NCBI GenBank assembly: GCA_963718235.1
Contig: CAVQYR010000001.1
Location: 864,001 to 928,000, forward strand
Length of the DNA: 64,000 bases
Direction of reading: 5' to 3'
From: an uncultured Actinomycetota bacterium
GTDB taxonomy: Bacteria; Actinomycetota; Actinomycetes; JAHEKZ01
Shown: piece after piece, positions 10,247 to 20,113 of the stretch
Layout: every line of letters starts with the position of its first letter
Position numbering within the stretch: the first letter of the stretch is position 1
The notes under the pieces: model-generated
Seen by the model: the letters and a program-made list of their open reading frames with translations, nothing else
What the model was told of the DNA's origin: nothing
Database searches by the model: none
Made by a program: the position numbers and the translations under genes

Positions 10247-11056
10247 ATGGCAGTCGCAGAGCGCGGCGACCCCCTGCGGCGGTGGAGCGACGCGCTCGCG
10301 GACTGGGCGATTCCCGACGAGATCCTGCGCCAGGCCACGTCGTCGCCGTGGCAGCTGCCGGTGGAGCGGTTCGCCGACCGGGCCGACGAAGCGGTTGCCC
10401 ACCCCCGGGGCTGGTCCTACGAGCGGGCAGCGTCCGCGCTTCCGCACGGAGGGTCGGTCCTGGACGTCGGTGCGGGTGCCGGGGCCGGCTCGCTGCCGCT
10501 GGCGGGTCGGGTCGGTCGGCTCACGGCAGTGGACGCGAGTGCGCCGATGCTGCGCGCCTTCGAGCAGCGGGCCGACGTGCTGGGCGTCGAGGCGGCCACC
10601 GTGCACGGCGAGTGGCCCCAGGTCGCGGCGGAGGTCGATGTCCACGACGTCGTGGTCGTCCACCACGTGCTCTACAACGTGTCCGACCTCGAGCCGTTCA
10701 TCTCCGCGTTGACCGACCACGCCCGCGAGCGCGTCGTGGTCGAGATCCCTCCTCGCCACCCGATGACGTGGTCCAACCCCCTGTGGCAGCAGTTCTGGGG
10801 CCTGCGGCGCCCGACCGGGCCCACCGACGACGACCTCATGGCGGTGGTGCGTGCGCTGGGCGTGCGCGACCTCGTGCGCTACCGGTGGCGACGTCGAGAC
10901 ACCGACGCGACGCCGTTGGCCGAGCGGGTGGCGCTCGTGACCGACCGGCTGTGCCTGCCCCAGGAGCGACGCCCCGAGGTCGAGGCCGCCCTGCGGCTGC
11001 TGCCGCCCGTCCAGGAACGCGCCGTCGTCACCCTCGCCTGGACCGGGTCGGCATGA
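10247..11056 (+). CDS. Class I SAM-dependent methyltransferase
   Basis: [24 protein letters not shown]; AAGGAGG RBS before the ATG at 10247 (alternative start 10232). Confidence 0.85.
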   Translation: MAVAERGDPLRRWSDALADWAIPDEILRQATSSPWQLPVERFADRADEAVAHPRGWSYERAASALPHGGSVLDVGAGAGAGSLPLAGRVGRLTAVDASAPMLRAFEQRADVLGVEAATVHGEWPQVAAEVDVHDVVVVHHVLYNVSDLEPFISALTDHARERVVVEIPPRHPMTWSNPLWQQFWGLRRPTGPTDDDLMAVVRALGVRDLVRYRWRRRDTDATPLAERVALVTDRLCLPQERRPEVEAALRLLPPVQERAVVTLAWTGSA

Positions 11057-13674
11057 GCGGACCGCGGGCCACCGTGCCGGGTCTGGGTCGGGCCGTGGCC
11101 AGGGCCAGGGCCGGCAAGACGCTCGACGTCGACGAGGTGACGGTGCTGCTGCAGGCCCGCGGTGAGGCGCTGCGGGAGGTGATGGAGGTCGCGTCGCGGC
11201 TCCGTGACCAGGGGCTGTCCGATGCTGGTCGACCTGGCGTCATCACCTACTCGCGCAAGGTGTTCGTGCCCCTCACCCGGCTGTGCCGGGACCGGTGCCA
11301 CTACTGCACGTTCGCGACGGCGCCGGCCAGGCTGCCCGGGCCCTTCCTCACCCCGGACGAGGTGCTCGCGCTCGCCAGGGCGGGGGTCGAGCAGGAGTGC
11401 AAGGAGGCCCTGTTCACCCTCGGCGACCGGCCGGAGGACCGGTGGCCACAGGCCCGGGAGTGGTTGGACGCGCACGGTTACGACTCGACGTTGTCCTACC
11501 TGAGGGCGATGGCCGTGCTGGTCCTGGAGGAGACCGGGCTGCTGCCGCACCTGAACCCCGGGGTGATGGCGTGGGACGACCTCCAGCGGCTGAAGGCGGT
11601 CGCCCCGTCGATGGGGCTGATGCTCGAGACGACCAGCACCCGGCTGATGGAGCCGGGTCAGCCGCACCACGGGTCGCCGGACAAGGACCCGGCCGTGCGG
11701 TTGCGGGTCATCGCCGACGCCGGGCGCCTGTCGATCCCGTTCACCACCGGTGTTCTGGTGGGGATCGGTGAGACGGCCACCGACCGGGCGGAGTCGCTGT
11801 TCGCCCTGCGGACACTGTCCCGCCAGTACGGCCACCTGCAGGAGGTGATCGTGCAGAACTTCCGGGCGAAGGGCGACACGGCCATGCGGGCCGCGCCGGA
11901 CCTGGCGGCCGACGACTACCTGGCCACGGTGGCGGTGGCCCGGGTCGTGCTGGGGTCGTCGGTCCGCCTGCAGGTACCGCCGAACCTCAGTGACCCCCAT
12001 GCCTTCCGGGCTCTGGTCCGCGCCGGGATCGACGACTGGGGTGGGGTGAGCCCGGTCACCCCGGACCACGTCAACCCCGAGCGCCCCTGGCCCACCCTCG
12101 AGGCACTGGGTGCACTCACCGCGGCCGCGGGGTTCACCCTGCGCGAGCGGCTCACCGTCCACCCCTCCTACGTCCGGGCCGGTGAGCCGTGGATCGACCC
12201 GCGGGTGCTGCCTCACGTGCGTGCTCTGGCCGAGCCGGAGACCGGGCTCGGGCGCGAGGGGCAGCGACCCACGGGGCTGCCGTGGCAGGAGCCCGACCCC
12301 GAGTGGGACAGCACAGGGCGCACCCTGCTGAACCAGCAGGTGGACACCGAGGGGCGCTTCGCGGACCGGCGCACCGACTTCGACGAGGTGTACGGCGACT
12401 GGGCTGCTCTGCGCGAGCAGCTGCCTCCCCGCGAGCCGGGTCAGCGCCCCACGGGCAGCGACGACGCCCTGCGTGCCGCGCTGCGCCGGGCCGAGCACGA
12501 CCCGGCGAGCCTGCTGGAGGCCCAGCACGAGGCCTCCGCGCTGGCCCTGTTCGAGGCCGACGGCCAGGCGCTGGCCACGCTGACCTCGATCGCCGACGCA
12601 CTCCGCCGCGACTCCGTCGGCGACACCGTCACCTACGTGGTCAACCGCAACATCAACTTCACCAACGTCTGCTACACCGGGTGCCGCTTCTGTGCCTTCG
12701 CCCAGAGGCGCACCGACGCCGACGCCTTCACGCTGTCCCTCGACGAGGTCGCCGACCGGGCGCAGGAGGCGTGGCGGCTCGGGGCCACCGAGGTGTGCAT
12801 GCAGGGCGGCATCGACCCGCTGCTCCCCGGGACGGCCTACGCCGACCTCGTCCGGGCGGTGAAGTCCCGCGTCCCCCAGCTGCACGTGCACGCCTTCAGC
12901 CCGATGGAGGTCGTCAACGGCGCAGCCCGCACGGGGCTGTCGATCGAGGAGTTCCTGGTCTCGCTGCGCGAGGCCGGCCTGGACACCATTCCCGGCACCG
13001 CAGCGGAGATCCTCGACGACGAGGTGCGTTGGATCCTGACCAAGGGCAAGCTCCCGGCGGCGAGCTGGGTCGAGGTGGTCACGACCGCGCACCGGCTGGG
13101 CCTGCGCAGCAGCGCCACGATGATGTACGGGCACGTCGACCGGCCCAGGCACTGGCTGCAGCACTTCCGGGTGCTCGCGCAGGTGCAGGACGCCGCGGCC
13201 GCGAACGGCGTCGAGGGGTTCACCGAGTTCGTGCCCCTGCCCTTCGTCCACCGCAACGCGCCGGTCTACCTGGCCGGGCTCGCCCGCCCCGGACCGACCC
13301 GCAGGGAGAACCTCGTCGTGCACGCGATGGCCCGGCTGCTGCTCCACGGGCGGGTCCCCCACCTGCAGACGTCGTGGGTGAAGCTGGGCGTGGCCGGGAC
13401 CCAGGCCATGCTGCGGTCCGGCGCCGACGACCTCGGCGGAACGCTGATGGACGAGACCATCTCGCGGATGGCCGGGTCGGAGCACGGGTCGGCCAAGACG
13501 GCGGCCGAGCTGAGGGCGATCGCGGCCGCGCTGGGCCGCCCGACCCGTCAGCGCAGCACCGTCTACGGCCCGGTCCCGGACCGGGTCGCCGCCGCTCTCG
13601 GCCCCGACACGCCGGGGGTACACCGAACAGTTACCAAACTGCGGCTTGACGCGGAGGGACCGACCCGCGTGTAA
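11053..13674 (+). CDS. fbiC: Bifunctional FO synthase CofG/CofH
   Basis: Two radical-SAM motifs ([16 protein letters not shown]), [28 protein letters not shown]. Confidence 0.95.
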   Translation: MSGPRATVPGLGRAVARARAGKTLDVDEVTVLLQARGEALREVMEVASRLRDQGLSDAGRPGVITYSRKVFVPLTRLCRDRCHYCTFATAPARLPGPFLTPDEVLALARAGVEQECKEALFTLGDRPEDRWPQAREWLDAHGYDSTLSYLRAMAVLVLEETGLLPHLNPGVMAWDDLQRLKAVAPSMGLMLETTSTRLMEPGQPHHGSPDKDPAVRLRVIADAGRLSIPFTTGVLVGIGETATDRAESLFALRTLSRQYGHLQEVIVQNFRAKGDTAMRAAPDLAADDYLATVAVARVVLGSSVRLQVPPNLSDPHAFRALVRAGIDDWGGVSPVTPDHVNPERPWPTLEALGALTAAAGFTLRERLTVHPSYVRAGEPWIDPRVLPHVRALAEPETGLGREGQRPTGLPWQEPDPEWDSTGRTLLNQQVDTEGRFADRRTDFDEVYGDWAALREQLPPREPGQRPTGSDDALRAALRRAEHDPASLLEAQHEASALALFEADGQALATLTSIADALRRDSVGDTVTYVVNRNINFTNVCYTGCRFCAFAQRRTDADAFTLSLDEVADRAQEAWRLGATEVCMQGGIDPLLPGTAYADLVRAVKSRVPQLHVHAFSPMEVVNGAARTGLSIEEFLVSLREAGLDTIPGTAAEILDDEVRWILTKGKLPAASWVEVVTTAHRLGLRSSATMMYGHVDRPRHWLQHFRVLAQVQDAAAANGVEGFTEFVPLPFVHRNAPVYLAGLARPGPTRRENLVVHAMARLLLHGRVPHLQTSWVKLGVAGTQAMLRSGADDLGGTLMDETISRMAGSEHGSAKTAAELRAIAAALGRPTRQRSTVYGPVPDRVAAALGPDTPGVHRTVTKLRLDAEGPTRV

Positions 13675-13675
13675 T
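13646..13675 (+). promoter_or_regulatory. Housekeeping-sigma-like promoter for whiB, embedded in the fbiC 3' end
   Basis: TTGACG, 18 nt spacer, TGTAAT; AT-enriched relative to its surroundings. Confidence 0.5.
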
Positions 13676-13787
13676 TCCACGCATGTCGTTTGCTGGCCCC
13701 GCGTGGGGCGTGCCAGAAGTGGACCGGTCAGGCGTCGCCGTCCCCGACGCGGTCGGTCACCTGCAGGCAGGGGTCGAGGAGGTAACC

Positions 13788-14048
13788 GTGGGCGAGGTCA
13801 TCTACCCGTTGGCGCTGGGCGAGGACGACGAGCTCGGCTGGCAGGAGCGAGCCCTGTGCGCCCAGACCGACCCGGAGGCCTTCTTCCCGGAGAAGGGGGG
13901 CAGCACCCGCGACGCCAAGAAGGTCTGCCTCACCTGCGAGGTGCGGGTCGACTGCCTGGACTACGCGCTGGCCCACGACGAGCGGTTCGGCATCTGGGGC
14001 GGGCTGTCCGAGCGGGAGCGGCGCCGGCTGAAGAAGCAGGCCGTCTGA
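13788..14048 (+). CDS. whiB: WhiB/WhiB2 (WhmD) Fe-S transcription factor
   Basis: WQERALCAQTDPEAFFPEKGGSTR..K.C..C...C, GIWGGLSERERR; GAGGAGG RBS. Confidence 0.95.
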   Translation: MGEVIYPLALGEDDELGWQERALCAQTDPEAFFPEKGGSTRDAKKVCLTCEVRVDCLDYALAHDERFGIWGGLSERERRRLKKQAV

Positions 14049-14149
14049 GCCAGCGGTCGCCCAGCCCGGCCGGCCGGGCGGTTCGGCGCCGCTTCGACGT
14101 CCCTTAGGGTGGGGCGCTGGCTGGTCGCACGCACCGGCCGCCTTCCTCG

Positions 14150-17100
14150 ATGACCTCACCTGACCTCGCGCCGCCTCCCGGCGCCCCTCCGGCGGACCGG
14201 CCCCTCGTGGTGCTCGCGGTCCTCGTCTGCCACGACGGAATCGCCTGGCTGCCACGCACCCTGGCCGCCCTCGACCAGCTCACGACCGCCCCCGACCTGC
14301 TCGTTGCGGTCGACACCGGGTCGCTCGACGCCACGGCCTCGCTGCTCGCCGGGAGCCCCGTCGTCGACCAGGTCGTGGCGCAGGACCGGTCCCTGGGCTT
14401 CCCGGCCGCCGTCGAAGCCGGGGTACGGGCCGGACGGGCGGCGCTGTCGGCGTCGGGGCGCGATCCGGACTTCCTGTGGATCCTGCACGACGACTGTGCC
14501 CCGGAGCCCGAGGCCCTGGCGGTGCTGGTGGCCGCCGGGGTGGAAAGCCCCTCGATCGGGATCCTCGGGCCGAAGGTGCTGGGCTGGGACGACCCCCGTC
14601 GCCTGCTGGAGGTCGGGGTGACGATCAGCGGCTCCGGGCGCCGTGACGTCGGGCTGGAGCGCCGCGAGCAGGACCAGGGCCAGCACGACGGTCAGCGCGA
14701 CGTGCTCGCCGTCGGCAGCGCCGGGACTTCTGGTCAAGGCACCGGTGTGGGACGCCCTCGGTGGTCTCGACCCGACGCTGCAGTTCTTCCGCGAGGACGT
14801 GGACCTCGGGTGGCGGGCCAACCTGGCCGGGCACCGGGTGAGCGTGGTGACCGATGCGGTCGTCCACCACGCGGAGGCGATGTCACGTGGTCGACGACCA
14901 CTCGCGGTCGACGGTGGCCGGGTTTACCGGGCCGACCGGATCAGCGCGATGACCGTGGTGCTCGCGAACGCCGGCCCGGTCTCCTGGCCGCTGCGCTGGC
15001 TGCGCCTGCTCCTCGGCAGCACCGTGCGGGCCCTGGGCCTGTTGGTGGCGAAGGCTCCCGGTCAGGCGGCCGACGAGCTGCGGGCCCTGGGGCACGTCCT
15101 GCTGCGCCCGGACCGGATCCTGTCCGCGCGCCGGGACCGGCGCGGGCACCGCGAGGTGTCCGGACGCGCCCTGCGCCCGCTGTTCCCCCAGGCCGGTTCG
15201 CAGGTACGACAGACCCTGGAGGTGTTCGGGGGCCTGCTCGCGGCCCGGGCCGGGGCCGACGCCGAGCCGAGCGGCATCCTGGAGAGCGGCCCGGCCGACG
15301 AGGACACCGACTCGATGGCCACCACCTCCCGTGGCGTGCTTCGGGCCACGCTGCGTCGCCCGGGCGTGCTGCTCACCCTCGGCCTGACGGCGGTGGCCCT
15401 GCTCGCGTGGCGGGCCCTGTACAGCGGCGGCTCACTCTTCGGTGGTGCGTTGCTTCCGGCGCCCGTGGGCGCCAGCGACCTGTGGGACACCTACCTGGCC
15501 GGATGGCACCCGGTGGCCACCGGCAGCCCGGTGCCGACCGCACCCTCGCTGGCGCTGCTGTCCGCTGCCGGCGCGCTCGTCCTCGGCCACGCCAGCCTGG
15601 CGGTGGGGATGCTGCTGGCCCTGGCGGTGCCGCTGTGTGGCGCGCTGGCCTACCGGGCCGTCGCCGGGCTGCGGCTGTCCAGCCCGCTGCGGGTGTGGGT
15701 CGCGGCGGCCTACGCGCTGAACCCAGCGCTGCTCGCGGCGATCGCGCAGGGCCGGCTGGGCACCGTCGTGGTCGCCCTCGTGGTGCCTGTCCTGGCCCTG
15801 GCGGTCGTCCGCACGCTGGGCTCGCGCGAGGCTCCGGGGACGTTCTCGGCGGCCGCGGTGGCCGGTCTGCTGCTGGCCGTGGCCACCGCGTTCGCCCCGG
15901 TCGTGTGGGTGATCGCCCTGCCGCTGGTCGTCCTCGCCGGCTGGCGGCTCGCCGACAACCGTCGGGCCCGGGTGCGGCTGGCCATGGCCTGGGCCCTCCC
16001 GGCCCTCCTCCTGCTGCCGTGGAGCGGCTACCTGGTCACCCACCCGGTGCTCCTGCTGCTGGAGGCCGGGGAGCCACTGAGCACGCCGGGGGCCTCGCCC
16101 TGGCAGGTGCTCCTGCTCGTCCCGGGCGGCCCCGGGTCGGCGCCCTGGTGGCTCGGCCTCGGCCTCGTCCTGGCCGGGGCGGTGGCGGTGCTGCGGCTGC
16201 GCGAGCCCCTCGTGCGGGCCGGGCTGGCCGTGGCGGTCGTCGGCCTGCTCGCCGCCCTGGTGCTCGCCGTCGTGGCCGTCACGCCACCCAGCAGCGCGGT
16301 CCCCGTGGCCCCGTGGCCCGGCCCGGCCCTCGTGGTCGCCGCGGCCGGGCTCCTCGTCGCGGTCGCGGTGGCGGCCCGTCGGGTCCGGCGCCGGATCTCC
16401 GGGGAGCAGTTCGGCTGGCGTCAGCCGGCCGTGGTCGGGCTGGCCGTCCTGGCGCTGCTCGCCCCGGTCACGTGGGGGCTGTGGTGGGTGGTGCGGGGCT
16501 CGGCCGACCCGCTGCACCGCGGGGACGCGCAGGTGCTGCCGGCGTTCGTCGCCGCGGCTTCGGACCAGCCTGAGCGGATCCGCACCTTGGTGCTGCAGCT
16601 GCGCGACGAGCGCCTGGAGTACTCGCTGCTGCGCGACCGCGGTCCGCAGCTCGGCGACGCGGAGACCGCACCGGACGCCGACACGATGCGCGAGCTCGAC
16701 GTCGCGGTGAGCGAGGTGGCCAGCGGTCGTGGAGGCACCGCGGTCACCGACCTCACCCGCTACGCCGTGCGCTACGTCTTGCTGGCTGCTCCGGTCGACC
16801 CACAGCTGGAGAGCACCCTGGACTCGGTGCCGGGCCTCGTGCGGGTGGCCAACCCCGGGGACGCCGGGCTGTGGCGGATCGAGCTGCCCGCCGGTCGCCT
16901 GCTGCTGGTCACCCCGCCGTCGGAGCAGGAGGCGGGCGGGTCGGTGACCGTGCTGCCGAGCGGAGCCCTGACCGCGACCCCGACCCTGCCGCCGGGGGTC
17001 GAGGGTCGCACCCTGTGGCTCGCCGAGAACGCCGACCCGGGGTGGCAGGCCTCCCTCACCGCCTCGTCCAGCGAGGACGCCGGGTCCAACGAGCTGCCGC

Positions 17101-17294
17101 GCGGGGTCGGCGGCCAGTGGGCCCAGACCTTCGCCGCCCCCGGCTCCGGGGGGCACGTCGTGCTGGGCTTCGACGAGTCCCCACGCACCTGGTGGCTGCT
17201 GCTCGAGGCCGCAGTGCTGCTCGTCACCGTGGTCGTGGCGGTCCCCGCCCGTCGTCGCGACGACGACCTCGAGGACGCGGGAGCAGCCCGATGA
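14150..17294 (+). CDS. GT2 glycosyltransferase fused to a large multi-TM domain (frameshift near 14724)
   Basis: VAVDTGS, WILHDDCAP, EQDQGQHD, then LLVKAPVWDALGGLDP..REDVDLGWR in the next frame, followed by many TM helices. Confidence 0.85.
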
Positions 17295-18808
17295 CCGTTC
17301 CCCGCCCGGCCGTCCTGGTCGCCGCAGTGCTGGCCGTGCTCGTCGTCCTGGGCCTGGTCGCCACCGTCGCGGCCTCCGACGCCCGCACCGTCTCGGCCGG
17401 TGCCGTCGCCGCCGAGCCCGTCGTCGAGACGACGGTGGCCTGCCCCGGGCTGCGGTCCCGGGAGGGGTACACCGAGTCGAGCGTCGCAGCAGCGACCCCG
17501 CCGATGGCCGGCGGCACCGCGGAGGCGACGACCCCGGCACCGACCTCCCGGGCCGCGGTCCGCACGCTCACCAAGGACCCGACCGACGGCAAGAACCTGA
17601 TCGTGCTGCGCGACCCCGGTGAGCGGGGGCTGTACGTCGGTCGCAGTGGTGAGCGCGACTCGGTGGTCGGTCGTGGCGACGGGCTGCTGGCCCCGGGGTT
17701 CTCGGTCACCCAGACCGAGCGCACGGTCGACGGGGCCGGCCGCGGGATCGCGGCGACGTCCTGCCTGCCCACTGGCGCTGACTTCTGGTTCGTCGGCGCT
17801 GCGTCGGGCGTCGGGCAGCGGGCCGTGCTCGTGCTCACCAACCCCGAGGGAGCCACGGCCGCGGTCGACGTCGACGTCTACGGGACTCGGGGGCCGGTCG
17901 ACGCACCGGCCGCGCGCGGGGTCCAAGTGGAGCCGCGCAGTCGCACCGAGCTGCGGCTGGACCAGCTGGCACCGGGGCAGCGGGTGCTGGCCCTGCACGT
18001 CAAGGTGACGAGCGGACGGCTGTCGGCGGCGCTCACCGAGACCGACGTCGACGGGCTCCAGCCCCGGGGCACCGACTGGATCCCGACGGCGCTGGGGCCG
18101 GCGACGCAGGTGACCGTGCCAGGCGTGCCCCCGGTGGCCAAGGGGCGCGAGTCCGACGTCCGCCTGGACGTGGTGGCACCCGGTGACTCCGACGCCGTGG
18201 TCAGGCTCTCCCTGGCCACCAGCGACGGGGTGTTCGCGCCGGTCGGGAGCGACGTGCTCGAGGTCCCCGCGGGTTCGGTCGCCTCGTTCGACCTCACCGA
18301 AGCGCTTCGCGGTCAGGCCGCCTCCCTGCTGCTGGAGTCCGACGTGCCGGTCACGGCCGGGGCCCGGGTCCTGCTGAAGCGACCGGACTACTACGGCGAC
18401 GTGCTGTTCCTGTCGGCCGCCGACGCGTTGTCCGCCGCGGCGGTCGTGCCCGAGAACCAGACCACCGACGACCTCGCCACCCGGCTGGTCCTCACTGCAC
18501 CGGAGTCAGCGGCGAGCGTCGAGGTGAAGGCGTTCAACCAGACCGACTCCGACACCACGACGGTCTCGATCGAGGGGGGGACCACCCAGGTGGTCACGGT
18601 GACCCCGCCCCCCGGGCTGCGTCGCTACGGCCTGGTGATCACGCCGTTACCGGGGTCGGGTCCGGTCGTGGGTGTGCGGTTCATCGACGAGGAGGGTGCT
18701 CGCGGTCCACTGGTCTCGGCGCTGCCGCTGCGCGCGGCGCGGCTGACCGCGGTGGTGCGGGAGGCCGTCCCGGAGCTGACCGCCGGGATGCAGGGCTACC
18801 AGTCGTAG
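17291..18808 (+). CDS. Secreted/anchored protein, DUF5719-like
   Basis: N-terminal hydrophobic anchor, WFVGA, LVLTNP, VDVDVYG..GPV; ATGA coupling to the GT2 gene; conserved position. Confidence 0.7.
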   Translation: MTVPRPAVLVAAVLAVLVVLGLVATVAASDARTVSAGAVAAEPVVETTVACPGLRSREGYTESSVAAATPPMAGGTAEATTPAPTSRAAVRTLTKDPTDGKNLIVLRDPGERGLYVGRSGERDSVVGRGDGLLAPGFSVTQTERTVDGAGRGIAATSCLPTGADFWFVGAASGVGQRAVLVLTNPEGATAAVDVDVYGTRGPVDAPAARGVQVEPRSRTELRLDQLAPGQRVLALHVKVTSGRLSAALTETDVDGLQPRGTDWIPTALGPATQVTVPGVPPVAKGRESDVRLDVVAPGDSDAVVRLSLATSDGVFAPVGSDVLEVPAGSVASFDLTEALRGQAASLLLESDVPVTAGARVLLKRPDYYGDVLFLSAADALSAAAVVPENQTTDDLATRLVLTAPESAASVEVKAFNQTDSDTTTVSIEGGTTQVVTVTPPPGLRRYGLVITPLPGSGPVVGVRFIDEEGARGPLVSALPLRAARLTAVVREAVPELTAGMQGYQS

Positions 18809-19213
18809 CCGGGGTCGACCTCGGCCGGGGGCAGCCCGAGCAGTGCTGCTGCCTGCTCCACCACGACGGCGTGCACCAGCCCCCTGGGGTCCGGGCCGCC
18901 GCGCAGCTCGATCGGTCGTCGGTACACGACGATCCGCGCGGGATGCTGCGACGTCGCCGGCACGGCGTGGCCCAGGGGCACCGGCCCGCCGGACAGGTCG
19001 ATGACGTCGACCGGAGGGACGGCGTGCACCACGACGTCGACTGCGGACAGCCGGGGCCGCCAGGCCCGCTCCAGCCGCTCCACGCTGTCGAGCACAAGCG
19101 CGTCGAACGCGGCCGACCGGGGCACCCGCAGCGGGACCCCCTCGGGGACCAGGGGGCCGCGCAGGCCCGCGGCCGTGCCGGTCGCGCCGACGCAGTGCGC
19201 GGGTGGGGGCCAT
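18796..19213 (-). CDS. Zincin-like metallopeptidase family protein (frameshift near 19167)
   Basis: RRRDRHGRG/LRGPL, FDALVLD.VERLE, RIVVYRRPIELR, VVVEQ.A.LLG..P.EVDP. Confidence 0.75.
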
Positions 19214-19323
19214 CGGCCCATTGTCGCCCGCGGACCGTGCCGACTGCGCAGCCACGCGCGACACGTCCGCCGCGCCGACGACAATGCGGGCCGGCCGGTG
19301 CGCGCGCCGGTAGCGTCCGCGAG

Positions 19324-19686
19324 GTGAGCCCAATGAGGCGGTGCACCCGTACGGCGTGCAACCGGCCGGCTGTTGCGACGTTGACCTACGTCTACGCCGA
19401 CTCCACTGCCGTGCTCGGACCCCTGGCCACGTACGCCGAGCCACACTGCTACGACCTGTGCGAGGTGCACGGGGACCGGCTCACCGCCCCCCGGGGCTGG
19501 GAGATCGTCCGGCTGGCTCCCGACCCCGACGCGCTCGGCCCCAGCAGCGACGACCTCGAGGCCCTGGCGGACGCCGTGCGTGAGGCCGCCCGCCCGGTGC
19601 TCCAGCCGGCCGGTGCCGCGACGTTGCCCCCCGAGCAGGGCCGTCGGGGGCACCTGAGGGTGCTGCCGCCCCCCATCGACGACTGA
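19324..19686 (+). CDS. DUF3499 family protein
   Basis: RRCTRTACNRPAVATLTYVYADSTAVLGPLA..EPHCYDLC, DDLEALADAVREA, RRGHLRVL. Confidence 0.85.
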   Translation: MSPMRRCTRTACNRPAVATLTYVYADSTAVLGPLATYAEPHCYDLCEVHGDRLTAPRGWEIVRLAPDPDALGPSSDDLEALADAVREAARPVLQPAGAATLPPEQGRRGHLRVLPPPIDD

Positions 19687-19738
19687 GCGGCGCCGACTGC
19701 TGTCCGGTTTGCCGCTTTTGCGGAGAACCTCCCGGGAT

Positions 19739-19767
19739 TCAAGGAGTCGGACCGGATCGGCCGAAAG
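19739..19767 (+). promoter_or_regulatory. Putative sigma28 (WhiG/FliA)-type promoter
   Basis: TCAAG-N16-GCCGAAAG, 55 nt upstream of the small Zn-ribbon gene. Confidence 0.5.
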
Positions 19768-19822
19768 AGTGAGGGCCGCGGCGGACCACCCCTGCTGCGC
19801 ACCCCTCGCGAAAGGCACCTCG

Positions 19823-20068
19823 ATGGCTCGCTCCGCCGCCACCCCGATCGACCTCCCGCTCGGCTCGCTGACCCAGCCCGGTGCCCGTGGCACCCTCGCG
19901 TGCGCGGCGTGCGACAGCGAGCGGGTCACCCACCTGGCGATGACCTTGACCGACGGCACCCCGGTGCAGTTCGTCTCCTGCCACCGGTGCGAGCACCGGA
20001 CCTGGATCGGCGACGGCCGGCCGTTGGACACCGACACCGTGCTCGACAAGACGCGCAAGCCGCGCTGA
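19823..20068 (+). CDS. Small Zn-ribbon hypothetical protein (81 aa)
   Basis: CAAC...CHRCEH pair; GAAAGG RBS. Confidence 0.7.
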   Translation: MARSAATPIDLPLGSLTQPGARGTLACAACDSERVTHLAMTLTDGTPVQFVSCHRCEHRTWIGDGRPLDTDTVLDKTRKPR

Positions 20069-20113
20069 CCGGCCGGGAGCGCGGCGTCGGGCCGCTCGTT
20101 AGGCTCTGCGCCC

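Noticed and set aside
10282-13674. 1130-aa ORF as an N-terminally extended FbiC
   Set aside because: The first 257 aa are a shadow frame over the methyltransferase; FbiC-like sequence begins at the coupled ATG 11053
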